64,000 nucleotides of DNA. Source: an uncultured Planctomycetia bacterium (lineage in GTDB: Bacteria; Planctomycetota; MHYJ01; WSZJ01). The translations under genes were made by a program, and so were the position numbers. Within the stretch, counting starts at the first letter, position 1, and the number at the start of each line of letters is the position of its first letter. Location of the stretch: contig CAVPNQ010000090.1 of NCBI GenBank assembly GCA_963706735.1, positions 1,217-65,216 on the forward strand. The letters are read 5' to 3'. Under the pieces are notes generated by a model that saw only the letters and a program-made list of their open reading frames with translations, had not been told where the DNA came from and did not search any database. This document shows positions 63,318 through 64,000 of the stretch, one piece after another.

Positions 63318-64000
63318 TTACGGCATCGGCGACCACGCACGGGTCGCGCCGACTTCGAGATGCGCGCACACGGGGGCGAGGAAGCGCGCGACGGTTTCCA
63401 GGAACATGACCTCGTCCGGTGCGAACCCGTCCACCTTCTGGGCCTGCGCGTCGAGGATGCCGACGCAGCGGTCGCCGATCCGGATCGGGACGCAGATTTC
63501 CGACTGCACGCCCGGGATGCGCGCAACGTAAGTCTCATTTTTCGACACGTCGCGAACGTGCACGGTCTCGCCCAGCCGGAAGGCGTAGCCGATGAGGCCC
63601 ACCGTGAATTTCTGGGTCGCGCCCGGCACCACGTCAATCTCGCCCTTGCAGCGCTGCGCCACCAGGACCAGCTCTTCACGGTCGTAGTCCCCGTGGAACA
63701 GCCCGACGTAAAAGCACTCGAGCAGCCCGTTGATGACCTCGACCGCACGCTGCACGACCGTCATCGGCGGAAGAACCCCGCCGCCGATCCGCGCGATGTG
63801 ATACAGCGCTTCACACTGCTGCGCGCGCCGCCGTTCGATCTCATAGATCTCGGCGTTGCGCAGGGCGATCGCGCACTGGGCCGCCATGATCTCGAGCAGC
63901 TTCACGTCGTCCTTCGAGAACGCGTTCTTCTTCGCCGATTCCAGGTTGAGCACGCCCAGCAGCCGGCCCTCGGCGATGACGGGCACCGCGAGCTCCGACT
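63318..64000 (-). CDS. Tandem-GAF-domain protein; the 5' end is outside the window
   Basis: The reading frame is open to the window edge (...SELAVPVIAEGRLLGVLNLES..). Two GAF-like cores are visible: PVIAEGRLLGVLNLES and ICVPIRIGDRCVGILDAQ. Confidence 0.8.
   Translation of the reverse strand, partial: SELAVPVIAEGRLLGVLNLESAKKNAFSKDDVKLLEIMAAQCAIALRNAEIYEIERRRAQQCEALYHIARIGGGVLPPMTVVQRAVEVINGLLECFYVGLFHGDYDREELVLVAQRCKGEIDVVPGATQKFTVGLIGYAFRLGETVHVRDVSKNETYVARIPGVQSEICVPIRIGDRCVGILDAQAQKVDGFAPDEVMFLETVARFLAPVCAHLEVGATRAWSPMP

Overview
A GC-rich bacterial chromosomal segment, by eye about two-thirds G+C with strong GC3 codon bias. It is densely coding, and I found no rRNA, CRISPR array, transposase, integrase or prophage gene. 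Gene content suggests a PVC/Planctomycetota-like organism: a thioredoxin/c-type haem fusion, many Ser/Thr kinases, TPR and HEAT-like secreted proteins, and a giant repeat protein. This taxonomic guess is inference only. Housekeeping genes I recognise are nadB, dnaK, accB, accC, hxlB-like, an IMPase, tyrS, glmS, rpsA, plsC-like, gltX, a PfkB kinase and tRNA-His(GTG). The most unusual items are listed here. (1) A surface-protein gene of about 12.5 kb (2704-15171) has a signal peptide, an N-terminal module, 7 propeller-like blades, 29 tandem beta-sandwich-like repeats and a C-terminal sorting signal. It is interrupted by one in-frame TGA at 12862-12864 and contains a stretch of about 2,080 codons with no lysine. 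(2) A signalling set: an FHA-GAF-HD-GYP protein, a divergent pair of large kinases whose N-termini carry four T2SSE_N/MshEN-like (c-di-GMP-receptor-like) motifs plus a zinc ribbon, and a third canonical kinase. One of the paired kinases has a degenerate catalytic core. (3) A serine hydroxymethyltransferase / GcvT-like / GcvT fusion of about 1,230 aa. (4) Three intergenic low-complexity arrays built from tandem 7-nt units. Two of them form long inverted-repeat hairpins (20564-20807 and 53413-53535). (5) A cluster of CGCGGAT repeats and palindromes upstream of a gldA/F/G-like ABC operon. Many very long antisense ORFs in the supplied track are GC-composition artefacts and were rejected. All homology statements come from reading motifs by eye; no database search was run.
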